NCBI GenBank assembly: GCA_030390025.1
Contig: CM059432.1
Location: 132,000,001-132,064,000 of the forward strand
Length of the DNA stretch: 64,000 nt
Origin: Squalus acanthias
Lineage: Eukaryota
Direction of reading: 5' to 3'
The notes under the pieces were generated by a model. It was given only the letters and a program-made list of their open reading frames with translations, did no database searches and was not told where the DNA came from. Shown piece by piece: positions 34,601 to 45,518 of the stretch. Every line of letters begins with the position of its first letter. Positions within the stretch are counted from its first letter, which is position 1. The translations under genes and the position numbers were made by a program.

Positions 34601-35475
34601 TGCTGGTCCAAAATGAGCTGACCAGCGGGTGGGTGAAATCTTTTCCTGTTGTAGGAGTGGATGGGATTGATGAAGGCATTGCCTATGACAAAAACAACAG
34701 AAAACGCTGGAAAAACTCAGCAGGCCAGGCAGCATCCGTGGAGAGAGAAACAGAGTTAACGTTTCAGGTCAAAGACCTTTCGTCAGAACTGGAAAAAAGC
34801 AGGAAATGACATAGATTTAAAGCAAGTATAAAGCTGGGAAAAGGGGGAGGGGATGAAAGAACAAAAGGAGAGATTAAAAGACATTAAGAGATAATCAAGG
34901 CAAGAGGAGGTGTTAATGTGACAGGTTGAGGCTGAATTAAGTGTGAAATGCACTGGCAGAATGAAGGACAGCTGCCAGCTTCTGGGAGGGATTGCCTATG
35001 ACTACTTGTACATTTTCCAGAATGGAATGATTTCTCAGTGTCCTGCCAAGCTGATGGTAAACGTCCATGGGGAAACTAATGTATTGGATTTAAGTTCTCT
35101 GCAATGCACATTTTATCACACATTTAACATTATAATAAAATGTGTCTGTACTTCGACAGTTCATTTGATCAACAGCTAGATGGCACTGCGGTCTGACTGC
35201 GAACTCTTCCAATGTTCCCTATGTACTTATTTCATTATTGTTTTCTTCCAGCTCTTCAATGTGCCGTGGAGTTGGCAAAACAGATATCTGCTTTTCCCCA
35301 GCACTGCTTGCACGCTGACAGAGCCTCTGCTTATTATGGTATGTTCGATGCCTCTTCCTTTACTGAAGCCATGCAGGTTGAATTTGACAATGCTAAAGGT
35401 GTGATTTTGAAGGAATCCATCTCTGGTGCAAACAAGTTCATCTCGGGAACTGGAAGACAAGGAAAATTCACTTAG
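7444..35475 (+). CDS. Enoyl-CoA hydratase/isomerase (crotonase superfamily) gene, 6 coding exons, 951 nt / 316 aa; resembles the bacterial PRK08259-type subfamily and fish zgc:101569-like genes
   Basis: Six exons with GT-AG junctions whose phases all join in frame (1,1,0,1,1). Crotonase motifs [60 protein letters not shown] and DLILTGR. Subfamily assignment is from memory of the motifs, not a search. Confidence 0.93.
7675..8410 (-). mobile_element. DeuSINE copy interrupted by an RTE LINE fragment
   Basis: Reverse complement of the family at 45092-45480; split at the TSD of the RTE insertion. Confidence 0.75.
7750..8058 (-). mobile_element. 5'-truncated RTE-clade LINE (3' end) with 12-bp TSD
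   Basis: [27 protein letters not shown]...CPTCDRDC is an RTE ORF C-terminus; short (GAA)n tail; AGTCGCTGTTGT at 7738-7749 and 8059-8070. Confidence 0.85.
8725..8950 (-). mobile_element. DeuSINE 3' fragment
   Basis: Similarity to the other copies in the window. Confidence 0.65.
11180..11960 (-). mobile_element. Old L2-like LINE fragment
   Basis: Purine-rich degenerate similarity to the L2 copies; minus strand YADDTQ remnant near 11655-11680. Confidence 0.55.
12144..12314 (+). CDS. Crotonase gene exon 2 ([10 protein letters not shown]...[11 protein letters not shown]...AAVLYGT)
   Basis: Acceptor ttctgttttgtag at 12143, donor G|GTTTGT at 12315; 171 nt. Confidence 0.93.
12517..13320. mobile_element. 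Harbinger-type MITE (804 bp) with CTA TSD
   Basis: Ends GGGGGAAAAATT / AATTTTCCCCCC; CTA at 12514-12516 and 13321-13323; many TAGCGCC / GGCGCTA subterminal repeats; CpG-rich. Confidence 0.82.
13345..13545 (-). mobile_element. L2 LINE 3' end
   Basis: Same family as 17553-17898, 24038-24655 and 39325-39870. Confidence 0.75.
14605..14886 (+). mobile_element. CR1 3' end with doubled terminal stem-loop module
   Basis: [20 protein letters not shown]2 end followed by two versions of the ...cctgctcctayttcttrtgttctt terminus. Confidence 0.75.
15591..15952. mobile_element. hAT-like MITE interrupted by a solo LTR
   Basis: Left end CAGTGTTCCC; right end GGAAACATTG is restored when 15726-15948 is removed. 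An 8-bp TSD is not evident. Confidence 0.6.
15726..15943 (-). mobile_element. Solo LTR (218 bp) with 5-bp TSD
   Basis: Ends TGACGT...ATGTCA (TG..CA, inverted termini); GAAAC at 15721-15725 and 15944-15948; minus strand has TATAAATA (about 15866-15873) upstream of ATTAAA (about 15773-15778). Confidence 0.8.
16247..16710. repeat. Inverted repeat with about 160-bp imperfect arms (16247-16408 / 16554-16710)
   Basis: For example gggctattggtaccaagcaaactatatcccaacaa versus ttgttgggatatagtttgcttggtaccaatagccc; the right arm continues into a SINE-like sequence to about 16920. Confidence 0.88.
17319..17416 (+). CDS. Crotonase gene exon 3 ([15 protein letters not shown]...DPGPM)
   Basis: Acceptor ttttgcag at 17318, donor ATG|GTATGT; FCAGxDL oxyanion-hole motif. 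Confidence 0.93.
17553..17898 (-). mobile_element. L2 LINE 3' end
   Basis: [23 protein letters not shown]...[10 protein letters not shown] on minus plus the family 3'UTR. Confidence 0.82.
18345..18545. mobile_element. Degenerate palindromic PLE-terminus relic (family 2)
   Basis: agaaaatgctggaaacgctcag...ctgagtgtttgtagcattttct inverted arms plus tail tttcagatttccatcatctgcag, as at 35932-36110. Confidence 0.6.
19256..20000. mobile_element. Harbinger-type MITE (745 bp) with GC-rich ends and an AT-rich core
   Basis: TIR GGCCTGGATTTTGCGG / CCGCAAATTCCGGCCC (13/16); no exact TSD. Confidence 0.75.
21503..21940 (-). mobile_element. CR1 LINE 3' fragment
   Basis: [31 protein letters not shown] on minus; (GATTCTAT)n tail. 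Confidence 0.85.
21961..23756 (+). mobile_element. Non-autonomous Harbinger element retaining a Myb/SANT-like relic; AGA TSD
   Basis: Ends GGCCGGAATTT / AAATTCCAGCC flanked by AGA (21958-21960, 23757-23759); ORF 22283..22468 [29 protein letters not shown]...[13 protein letters not shown]. Confidence 0.82.
24038..24655 (+). mobile_element. L2 LINE 3' fragment
   Basis: [21 protein letters not shown]...[11 protein letters not shown]...[17 protein letters not shown] and the family 3'UTR. Confidence 0.85.
24747..24891 (+). CDS. Crotonase gene exon 4 ([48 protein letters not shown])
   Basis: Translated by hand (not in the ORF track); acceptor ttgacag at 24746, donor G|GTAAGT at 24892. Confidence 0.95.
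24986..25135 (+). CDS. Crotonase gene exon 5 ([50 protein letters not shown])
   Basis: Follows a 94-bp intron; acceptor cccccag, donor G|GTTTGT. Confidence 0.95.
25670..26208. mobile_element. Harbinger-type MITE (539 bp) with TGT TSD
   Basis: Ends GGGGGGAGTTTTAAC / GTAAAAATTCCCCTC (12/15); TGT at 25667-25669 and 26209-26211. Confidence 0.78.
27825..28158 (+). mobile_element. CR1 LINE 3' end
   Basis: RTRSHSLRI...[22 protein letters not shown]; (TTTCTATG)n tail. Confidence 0.85.
28831..29732 (-). mobile_element. 5'-truncated Penelope-like element (GIY-YIG endonuclease, Neptune-like) with 12-bp TSD
   Basis: Open frame about 29707..29258: [10 protein letters not shown]...[37 protein letters not shown]...VGEHF...E.KLI..F.T..DGLN; TCTCTTTATAAA at 28819-28830 and 29733-29744. 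Confidence 0.92.
28881..28923 (-). ncRNA. Minimal type I hammerhead ribozyme (PLE family 1)
   Basis: Minus strand TCAC-CTGAGGA-A-GGAGC-AAATCGATA-GCTCC-GAAA-GC-TT-GTGA: stem I, CUGANGA core, stem II, GAAA, palindromic mini stem III, UH. Confidence 0.8.
29649..30380. repeat. Direct tandem duplication, 2 x 366 bp, no differences seen
   Basis: 29649-30014 repeats at 30015-30380; ATCT microhomology at the breakpoints; identical ORF translations. Confidence 0.93.
30774..31078 (-). mobile_element. CR1 LINE 3' end
   Basis: RTRGHSFKV...[17 protein letters not shown]. Confidence 0.85.
31795..32213 (+). mobile_element. CR1 LINE 3' end
   Basis: [19 protein letters not shown]...[14 protein letters not shown]; it sits in a probable older, degenerate RT relic (about 31100-33250). 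Confidence 0.88.
33291..33597 (+). mobile_element. HE1-like V-SINE (tRNA-derived head, V domain, CR1-type tail)
   Basis: Box A/B-like GGTGGCATAGTGG...GGTTCGAATCC; V-SINE core gtggagtttgcacattctccccgtgtctgcgtgggtttcctccggg; (GATTCTGT)n tail. Confidence 0.88.
34230..34670 (-). pseudogene. Degenerate Harbinger transposase fragment
   Basis: Minus-strand remnants [33 protein letters not shown] and [20 protein letters not shown], collinear with the 1963-3271 transposase. Confidence 0.72.
34690..34940 (-). mobile_element. Penelope-like element terminal fragment (family 2)
   Basis: Shares its terminus with 35932-36110 and 18345-18545 and carries a hammerhead motif; PLE identity is inferred because no ORF is attached. 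Confidence 0.6.
34754..34790 (-). ncRNA. Minimal type I hammerhead ribozyme (family 2)
   Basis: Minus strand AGTT-CTGACGA-A-AGGTC-TTT-GACCT-GAAA-CG-TT-AACT; same architecture as family 1 with different, fully paired stems. Confidence 0.8.
35252..35475 (+). CDS. Crotonase gene exon 6, terminal ([26 protein letters not shown]...GTGRQGKFT*)
   Basis: Acceptor ttttcttccag at 35251, stop TAG ending at 35475; typical crotonase C-terminal helices. Confidence 0.92.
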
Positions 35476-35931
35476 CTTCTGAAAAATTCCAGGTGGCCAT
35501 TTGAAGATAAATGAACTATTAGAAGGATTTCTTGTTTCGGAGGGGCGGGGGGCAGGTTAGAGTCCTGATCGGCGCAGATTGGGCTCATTCTGTGACTTCC
35601 TGATTTAAGGTATCTGTTTCTTACTGCAGTCATCACCGGTTCAGATCCCAGCAGTAACTAATAATAACAACAATTGCTGCATTTTTAACAAAAATCTGTT
35701 TAAACCCAAGACTGAGGAGGGCTGTCTCCTCACCTCACAACTGGGTAAAAGTTGTCAGGAGACGAAAGAGGATAAAATTAGGGGGAAAAACTTTTAAATT
35801 AAACTGATAATTCGTCATTTATTTTCAGTAAATGTCAATTTTGATTACTTTTACAAGAAATGGGGGAAAGAATTAAAATATTCTCATTAAGGACGGAATG
35901 TTGGTAGATCAAACACCTAATTTAAGAAATT

Positions 35932-36110
35932 AAAACAGAAAATGCTGGAAACATTCAACAGGTCAGGCAGCATTTGTGGAGAGAGAGAAACAGGGTTGCA
36001 CTCTTTTAGCTCGGTTTCTCTCTCCGCAGATACTACCTGACCTGCTGAGTGTTTCCAGCATTTTCTGTTTTTATTTCAGGTTTCCATAATCTGCAGTATT
36101 TTGCTTTTGT
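35932..36110. mobile_element. Palindromic PLE-terminus element (family 2) with 3' tail, downstream of the crotonase stop codon
   Basis: About 60-bp inverted arms aaaacagaaaatgctggaaaca...gagagaaac / gtttctctc...tgtttccagcattttctgtttt; about 38-nt tail; possible decayed TSD tttaagaaat / tttaggacat. Confidence 0.72.
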
Positions 36111-38012
36111 TTTAGGACATAATTGAAGCAAACTGTCTAAAGGCAAGTATGATAATAAATGAATACTAGATTAAGTGTCCTTTTGTTATTTTTATTTGAT
36201 TTTAAGAAGCACTATTATTTTTGCAGATGGTACTTTAAATATTTATTCTATGTGAGCTAGCGCTCGTCTCTCTAGGGATGATTGCCTGCCATCTTGAATA
36301 TCCTCCAACATTTTTCCTATCACCCAGTGTCAGTATCAAGTATTCCTGGTCTGCCGCAGACCAGATGGAAAGTAAAGCTTCCTTTACTCTGCACTAACAA
36401 TGTGTCTTAGGAAAGCACATCCTTTGTGCCAGTATGAATTTTTCTGTTTCCTGGTTAATTCAAAACATGCTGGAAGATGAATCTTTGACACCATTTTCAA
36501 CCAGGTTGGTAAGACTCGGATCTTCTTTTCTACAAGCCACGTTGAGAGTCTCGCGAGTGAAATCGCCAAATCAGTGCCGAATAATGGAAAGGCTTGTGCT
36601 GCGGGCTTGTAACCAGTCCAGTTGGGTTGAGACTGCTGAAACGTATTTTGCATAGGATGCTTCCAGCCAGCGGAGAGAGGGGACCTTCGTTCCATCAGTT
36701 TGATTTTGAAACTGGGCCTGGGATGTGAAAGAACTGTATGCTAACCCACTATGGCACATAGCATTTTTCTCTCACACAGTATAGTTTAATATTATTGTAA
36801 TACAATTATTTTTGGACCTATGATTTATTGGCTCTGTGAATATGTTTTAAAAGGCCTCAGTTTGTTGGGATGTGATCCGAGCAGTTAGCTGGGATTATGC
36901 CTGTCCGTGATCTCCACCGCTCACCCCACCAAAGTTAGTAAGGTCAGGGGAAGTGGCCAGAAGGAGCGGCCTTAGGTGGGTTGAGGCACATCTGCGACGT
37001 ACGCCCAACAATGGGGCCAGGAACGCCAGCTGAAGCTTTCTGGAGGTGGGGGGAGGGGGTGCCAGATTCTTCCTCCTCAGAAAGGTAAAGATGCTGGCCT
37101 CTGTCAAGGGACCACTTTAAGAATAAAAATTTTGAGTTACTGATATTTTGAGGTCCTGACCCCAGTCCCTGCCTAATCCCAAGTTAGGCCCCACATCCGC
37201 CCATGGTATGTTAGGCTGGGTCATGACTTATGGTCCCTGGCTTCGGGAGGCCCTATCTCTCTTACATCAATGGCCTTGTAGGGTCTGCCCCCACAAGGCC
37301 GTCTCAGAATCTTTGCCCCGACAGCCGGGACCTTGCAAATCTGGGTCCCAATGAAGTTTCTGGCCATTCTTGCAGACTCCTGCTGATGTCACGGCAGGAG
37401 TCTGCCAGAACAGCCAAGGAATTCTAGCCCCGTTGTTTTTTTTAAGCAGACTGGCCTTGCTTCTAAGTGCCAGTAATTAGGATGTTCTTGCTTCAGTTCC
37501 TCCATTCAGCAACTTGAAACAGGCCACACACTGCAGAACCCTGGAGTTCAGTAAGCTTGGAAAAGTCTGATTAAAGGCTATTCATACTGATCGTGCAGCG
37601 GTGCTTCAATGCAGCTCAGCGGGTACTGAGTGCAAATGAGCCACATTCACCCAGCAAAGAAAAATTCTGGGGCAATCACCCCAGATTGTCCGTGTACATT
37701 ACAAAGTAGCCTCCTGAAATTTAGCATAGGCAGAGACTTGGAAGATAGGTCATTTGGTTTCCCTCTCCCTGCTGCATGGCCTGGGCAGACCCAAGCAAGA
37801 GGCTCAAAATAAAAATGTAAAAGGGGGTAAATAAACATACATTTTTTTTCGAATATTTTCAGTACAAATGAATGACGAATTGATTGCACCTCTATGATAA
37901 GATCTTGAAATGCATACTATTTTAAAGATAGTGCTTCAAGTATTGTGGGAACTAAGTGACAAAGTAGTCCAATAAAGCACACAAATGAGACTATTGTAAA
38001 GCAAAATTGATA

Positions 38013-38180
38013 GGCCTAGAAATTCGCCTTGGGCAATGGCGCAAAACGGGTGGTATCGGATCAGCTGCCCGTTATACACAGCACCTGATATTCAGTTCCG
38101 TTGCAGTCAATGGAACTGAACATCAGGCACTGCATAAAACGGGCAGCCGATCCAATACTTCCCAGACGAATTCCTAGGCT
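38013..38180. mobile_element. Fold-back MITE (168 bp), Harbinger-like ends
   Basis: GGCCTAGAAATTCG / CGAATTCCTAGGCT; the interior is a long imperfect hairpin centred near 38105. Confidence 0.78.
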
Positions 38181-39324
38181 GTAGTCTGCACCCCCATGTT
38201 TCCGGCTTAAATTGTGGTACTTCAGTGTTTTCTGAAATACAAACTTATTTGTGCATTTAAAGGAAGTGTGCTGGAATGCGACAACTCCTTGGTTTTATCC
38301 ACTCTGTGATATTTTTCATATAACTAAGTGTACTTGCGGTTGCAAATTGGTATATTATTCACTTTATTCAGCTGCCAGATATGATAAAAGTCACTGCTTT
38401 TAATTATGCCAGCAGCTGAATTTAATGAAGTGATGATTCATGTATTAATTATATTTCACACCTCGTTCTGATGTGCTAAGTATTCTGCGGCAGCACAGTG
38501 GAAGTGGGACAAACTTTAGCTCTGGGTTTGAATCCTGCTTCTATGGCTCCTGCGACAAAAATAAAACGCCATGGGCCTGCCTGTAGCCGTGAGTGGTCAC
38601 ACATTATCTGTCCTGAAATAGGCAATGCTAAAGAAGAAGAAAGAGCTCAAATTTTGTCGGTGTGAAACTTACACAGAAAAATCTGTAATGCTAGAAAATA
38701 AAATCAGTGATTATCAGCCGAGGCCAAAATTGCTCAAGTTTGCAGTATTATGGGATACTGGGGTGGAAATAAATATTATGCAGGGTGCGGAATATGAATA
38801 ATCCTTCTTAACAAAATGCACTTTAATCACTGTGTTTGCTCAGGGTCATCAATAACATCCTGCATGTCTGTGGTCACAGCTTGTTGTCCCACCTCAACCA
38901 CTTAATTTTCCTTCATTGCCTCTTCTACGCTGTTCCCCTTTATAGCACCACTTGCACATGGTTCGAATTCTACCTATCCCAGTGCAGTGACTACCTTTTC
39001 TTAAACTGCTTCTCCTCCTGTGCCATACAGCCATTGCTGATGTGTCACAAGGCTTCATTCTTGTTCCTCTCCTATTTATCAGCTACAGGCCGTGCCTCAG
39101 CAGCATCATCTGCAAATACAGGCTCAGCCTGCGTGGCAATAACACCCAAGTCTACCTCTGTCATCAGCACCAATTCCAGGGCTTTTGCTGTACTATTTAA
39201 CTGCTTGCCTGACATCAATTCTTGGATGAGTTATAGCCTCCTATAGCGCAATGTCAATAAAACTGAAGCTACCTTGTTCAGCTTTAGCAAATAACTTTGT
39301 GCCTTGTGCCAATTTAGTTAACCT

Positions 39325-39870
39325 CCCAGGCTGCCCATCTTCTATCCTCCGTAAACTTGAGCTCATCCAAAAATCTGCTGCCCGTATCCTAACTCTCACC
39401 CAGTCCCGTTCACCCATCACCCCTGTGCTCGCTGACCTACATTGGCTCCCGGTCCAGCAACGCCTCAACTTTAAAATTCTCATCCTTGTTTTCAGACCTC
39501 TCCATGACCTCGCCCCTCCCTATCTCTGCAAACTCCTTCAGCCCCACAACCCTCCAAGATTTCTGCGCTCCTCAAATTCTGGCCTTTTGCATATCCCCAA
39601 TTTAAATCGATCCACCATCGGTGGCCGTGCCTTCAGCTGCCTAGGCCCTAAGCCCTGGAATTCCATCCCTAAACCTCTCCGCCTCGCTACCTCTCTTTCC
39701 TCCTTTAAGATGCTCCTTAAAACCCATCTCTTTGACCAAGTTTTTGGTCATCTGTCCTAATTATCTCCTTACGTGGCTCGATGTCAAATTTTGTTTGATA
39801 ACGCTCCTGTTGCAGCGCCTTGGGACGTTTTACAACATTAAAAGTGCCATATAAATGCAAGTTGTTGCTG
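39325..39870 (+). mobile_element. L2 LINE 3' fragment (older degenerate L2 probably extends left to about 38830)
   Basis: ORF 39251..39760 LELIQKSAARILT...ITPVLADLHWLPV..R..FKIL...GGRAFS. Confidence 0.88.
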
Positions 39871-42715
39871 TTGCTCATTCAGTCAGAAGTGACGCATACC
39901 TCAGTGTTCAGTTCAATCTTGAGCTGAGCTGTCTACCCCACATCTAAGTCCATTGCTGAGATCATCTTCCACCTCTGGAATTTTGCCCATTTATGCCCAT
40001 CTCTCTTCCATTGCTGAAATCCTCAAACTATGCCTTCATCACCATCTGTATCTGCACACCTAGATCCCTTTGCTGCTTCACTGTATCGATAAATTTACGA
40101 TTACTGGTATATTTCCATCATTTATTGTTCGTAAAATGGATTATCTCACATTTTTCTGCATTAAATTGTACCTGACCAATCTTCTAACCTGGTTATGTTC
40201 TCCTGCGCTTTTATGCAATCTTCCTGGCAGTTTGCTAATCCTCCCAGTTTGATATTCGCAGTAAACTTTGGGTGCATTTACACACCAACTTTAGCATTGC
40301 AGCGACCTGGAGTTAGTGTGTAAACCGAGCTTGAGGCCAGTGATCTCGGAGTGGAGTGGATCACATCGGAACTGCTGAAATGAAAACCCCCAGGAGCTGC
40401 CGGTTTCACACCCAGATCCCAGACCGCTGTGTAAACATGACCCTCTGTGGTTTGGGTCCAGAAATGCACAAGAAAGCAAAAGCACAGCTGCAACTTTGTC
40501 ATGTAAAATTGGAAATTTTATTCAAAAATCTTTAGAACAATTGATTGCCCTGAGGTAGGAAATGTTTTTCATTGCTAGTAAATTTAAATGTCATGGGCAT
40601 TTGTGACAGCTTCATACACATGAAGGCCCAATAGTGTCAACAGGCTTAGAGCAACTTAAAGCGAGAAAGTAAGATTAGGTTTTGGAAGAGCCAGCGTAAA
40701 TTGGCTCTCCAAACCTGATGTGTTCTTGGTTTACTCAGTTCAGTATAAAGGTGTCCTTTGATATCCACTCCTTTATGTCTAAATCCAGATATTGGAACAA
40801 AAGTGGCTCCCAGCAAAGAGTGATACCTGGGACACCCCACTAGCCACTGCCCGCCAGTCTGAGAAACGCCAACCATTACAACCCATGCTATCTGTCTTTC
40901 AGCCATCTCTCTATCCATACTGCCACTTTCCTTTTTATGCCAATGGGTGCTAATTTTCTCAACCAATTTCTTACGCAGCACTTTAATCAAATGCTTACTA
41001 AACATCTATATAAATTGTGTTTAGTGCATCCTCTTCCAAAAAAATTCTATTGCACCTTTCCCCTTTTGAAATTCTCTTTTTCCATAACCATTTAACTTTA
41101 CTACCCTTCTCCCTGCTTTCAGGCACATTCCAAATTGCTCACTGTTGCTTGATGTAAAGTGCTATGGGATGTTCTTATAAATAAAGAGAAATGTATCATG
41201 TCGTTGGTGCTTTTGGGACTGCGTTAACCTGTGCTTTAATTTGTTGCTTTCACATCTGCCCTGCGTTCTAAGGAAGAAATACACTTCAAATAGCAGCTGT
41301 AGTCAAATTAAGAAAGTCAGTTAGATGATTAATGCAAGAGAAATTTGAGCTCAACTCCTGTTTGCCAATGTTTTGTGAATATACACAAATCAATACAGTG
41401 GTTCCATAAAGGAACACATCAGCGTCACTTGGACTGTTTAATTGAGAGGGGGTGGGAATCATTCTCGTATGATGACAAAATGTTTACACTAGTTCCAACC
41501 ACTCCAGTGTAAAGCAATTTTCTAAGTAATTTGAGTCACTTCCAGCAGTGTTATTTATTAACTCGAGTTTTTGCTTGGCTTTCAAAGTCATGCTCCATCT
41601 GGATTTGGGTCAAGTACACAGTACCATCTTATCCTACCAAAGATGATCAGCTTTGTTAAGCATAAGTAAGTGCTGCTTATAATTTTTGGAACTCCTTCAA
41701 CACAAAAGATGTCATCCTTCACACTAAATTTTATGGCCCCAGGAAAATGTTATAAGCTCTATAAAGAGATGTAGATGATAAGTTTCTCCCAAGTAGTCAT
41801 GTATAGTAAATAAATTAAATAGGGGAATCCGTTGAAGTGCAAGGTTGGGATTGTCAATTAAACTCATTCTAAAAGCGCATGCTTATAATCCTATTGCATG
41901 TTAAAAATTATTCTAGTTATAAAAATAATGAACAGTATTGTGATTTGATAACCATATAGGTCCAAAACATCACTGCTTTACTTTGGTAATGGTTGAAATG
42001 TAAATGTGAAATTGGGTGTCTGAAAGTTTTTAATATATTAACAGGTCAAGAAGGCATTATGTATATGTGTCCATAAATAGTTTAGCTACCAGTTTTGAGT
42101 TATTTTTATTCCTGTGCGCAAATATATTACAAACAAATGACATGGTTCAACAGACAGTGACTATATAATTAAAAGCAATGGATGGTTGAAGTAGCAATTG
42201 CTGTTGCTAGGCTCCCCAACAAAACTGAAGAGCATACCAGGGGACATGAAAACTAATACTGCAGTGTGGAGCATTAGGTGTTTTAAGAATAGAAAAACCT
42301 GTATAAAATGCCAGACTGGCACTAAATTATAGACCACAAGAATGTTGGTTGGGAGAGATGGAAAAAGTCACATTAATCCAGTTTGGGTCATTGTTGGAGC
42401 AGAGTAGGATGTTTATTTTGCAACTAATCTGTGTTTACTCGACCTGGAACTGCTTTATGTTAAAGCTGGGTTCCAAACATATCCCAATCCCATAAAACAG
42501 GGTGCTTACTAAGGCAGTGAGGTGTTGAGGCATAAAGACCAGACAGGTCTCCGGTTTGTGCTGAGTTAGTAGATCCCAGCTGGGGTGGTTGTCAGGGACA
42601 CATCAATTAGCCTGAGCACCCATGTGTATGGAATGGGAGGGCAATGGCCAAGGTTCCTGCTCCTGATTGCTATCAGTTTGACTCCTACAGGAAGTGTGTG
42701 TCGAGCTAATTCAGG

Positions 42716-43207
42716 TGAGGATGTCAAGGCCTTGGAGAGGATGCAGAGGAAATTTACTAGAATGGTACCAGGGATGAGGGACTTCAGTTATGTGGAGAGA
42801 CCAGAGAAGTTGGGATTGTTCTCCTTAGAGCAGTAAAGGTTAAGGGGAGATTTAATAGAGGTGTTCAAAATTATGAAGGGTTTTGATAAGAGTAAATAAG
42901 CAAAACTATTTCCACTGCAGGAGGGTCGGTAACACAGATTTAAGGTAGTTGAAAAGGAACCAGAGTGGGGATGAAGAGAAATCTTTTTACACAGCGAGTT
43001 GTTATGATCTGGAAAGCACTGCCTGACAGGGTGGTGGAAGTAGATTCAAGAGTAACTTTCAAAAGGGAATTGGATAAATACTTGAAAAGGAAAAATTTGC
43101 AGGGCTACAGGGAAAGAGCCAGGGAGTGGGACTAATTGGACAGCTCTTTCAAAGAGCCGGCACAGGCACGATGGGCAGAATGGTCTCCTTGTGTGTTGTA
43201 TGATTCA
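42716..43207 (+). mobile_element. CR1 LINE 3' fragment
   Basis: [24 protein letters not shown]...LGLFSLE and the CR1 tail. Confidence 0.85.
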
Positions 43208-45091
43208 ATGAGGTGAGGACATAATTGGCCTCTGCTGTGATGCTCCTCACAGTAAAATACTCTGTTGATGCTCGGTGGGCTTGAATAATGGCAGCCCCTT
43301 CTGCCTACAATAGTTTTTAAATGAGAAAGCAACCCGCTAAAGACCACAGGGTAGATTTTCATTTTCACTGCATTGGTTTCAATGGAATAAAAACCGGGCA
43401 AGTTTTATAACGGGTGGTCAATCCGCTCCGCCGTTACCATCTAGGCGGTGATGGCGAACATCGAGCCCCACACCTTGACTGTCCTGGTCAGAACAGATCC
43501 ACTCTGTGTGCAGCAAGAGAATGCTGGAAATGTGCAGCAGGGCCATCAGCATCTGAATAGGGACAAGGCAGGTTAATGCTTCCTGGTGAGAAGTCCTGTC
43601 AGAAACGTTCCTCTTCGTTTCTGTTTTCAGGGGCTAGCTGACCTGGATGTATTTCCAGTTTCTATATGTGTCGCAGGTTTATTATCCAAAGCATTATGTT
43701 GGGAGGGGGAGGATGAGAAAGGAAAGGAAAGGAATTCTGCATCCCTCTCTCGCCGGAATATGCCTCATTTGGCTTCCCATACAATTGAAGAGATTCAGCA
43801 CCGGTGCGGACACCAATGCCAAATTGAAGGTTTTTGCAGATGACGGATTTGATCAGTTTAAATTGGTGTATTTATTGAGTTTTAGATACCCTAAGCCCGT
43901 GCAAAAACAAAAAAAATCTGACAATGTGGCATTAGCCGATAACTTGCGGGATATTAGTATTCATCGTAATGCCCTGACCAACTTAGTTAAACTGAATGTT
44001 TCCTTGAGCCAGTTGCTGAACCTGAATGTTATTTGTGCTCTGCTTTTCCTTACTGCATCTCCAGGTGGCGTCCCTAAAAGGAGAGTTTCCATCCGAAACC
44101 GCTGCCGTAAAAAAACAAGGTGTGAAACAAGGGACCGATTTTTTTTTGTGCAAGTGATCGAAAAATCGAGTTGTATATTTTAGGAATGTTACTTCTAGCT
44201 TTTGATAGCGCGCTTCCAGCTGGTCTCTTGCAACCATGTGAGTTGCAAACAGGTCGAAGTTTGCATTACACTTTTGTTGAAAGCGAATCATATTCTGATT
44301 ATTAAAAAAAAGTCCAATCCCAGCTTCCGTCCTTTTTAGTCAACTAACTGACTTATGTAGCAGTACCGTGCATAATATACGCCTTTTGGGTTCTATGTTT
44401 ATTAAACAGCAGTAAATTGAACAAGAATCATTTATTCTGGGAATATGACTGCAGACAGAACCACAAATCGTTTAATAAATGACTTGTATAAAGCACTGAA
44501 GTGTCGCTGGATGTGTAATAAATTGATCTGACATTTCCAGTGTCTTGTAGCATGTCTGGGGGCACTGAACAGTGTCTCAAAAACAGCTCCATCGCTGAAT
44601 TATATAAGAAATCACTTTCCCCTTTGTAGGTACAGTTTTACCTGTTTCTGCAAAAGTCGATTTACTGGCCAGTGCATTCGAAAAAAAATCCCACATTTCA
44701 TCCCCGCACAGAAATAAACACTGCTAAACTGAATATTTCCGGTGAAACACTCTGTCCCATTATCAAGAAGCAAGGAATGCAGTAGATAACCGCTAAAATA
44801 ACATTTAGTTAATAGCCAACTTGGAAAGCTGCGCCCTGGTTATGAATGTTACACTTAAAACGGATGTAGTGTTTCCCAAGGACAATATAACTCCGAATCT
44901 AACGCTCCTAAACACATTCATCATACAACGTTTTAGAATTAATATAGATATAGGATTCATATGAAGGTCATGAACCTGATTTTTTTTAATATTCAGCACG
45001 TTAACCTACTTCCCCTGAGCAAGAAAGCAGTAGAATTCTTTCAAACTATTAACAAACTGTTACCAGAAATATGCTACAATTAGCAATCTTG

Positions 45092-45480
45092 CAAGTCCCA
45101 CACCAGAGACTTGAGCACAAAAATCTAGGCTGACACTCCCAGCGCAGTACTGAGGGAGTGCTGCACTGTCGGAGGCGCCGTCTTTCAGAGGAGACTTTAA
45201 ACTGAGGCTCCGTCTCTGCTCTCAGGTGGACGTAAAAGATCCCGAAGAGCAGGGGGCGTTTTCCCTGGTGTCCTGGCCAATATTTATCCCTCAATCACCA
45301 TCGCTAAAAAACAGATTATCTGGTCAGTGTCACATTGCTGTTTGCGGGAGCTTGCTGTGCGCAAATTGGCTGCCACCTTTCCTACATTACAACAGTGACC
45401 ACACTTCAAAAAGTACTTCATTGGCTGTAAAGCGCTTTGGGACGTCCGGCGGTCGTGAAAGGCGCTATATAAACGCACGT
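45092..45480 (+). mobile_element. DeuSINE (SacSINE1-like), well preserved
   Basis: Deu-domain-like core cacattgctgtttgcgggagcttgctgtgcgcaaattggctgcc and an L2-type tail aaggcgctatataaa. Further partial copies at about 15070-15340, 20170-20300, 54860-55590 and 60930-61160. Confidence 0.8.
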
Positions 45481-45518
45481 CCTTTTTTTTGGCCAACATT
45501 TATTTTCCCTTAGAGCTG

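Noticed and set aside
43647..44183. 178-aa ORF upstream of BMP
   Set aside because: No recognisable domain or splice structure; it starts in a repeat relic.
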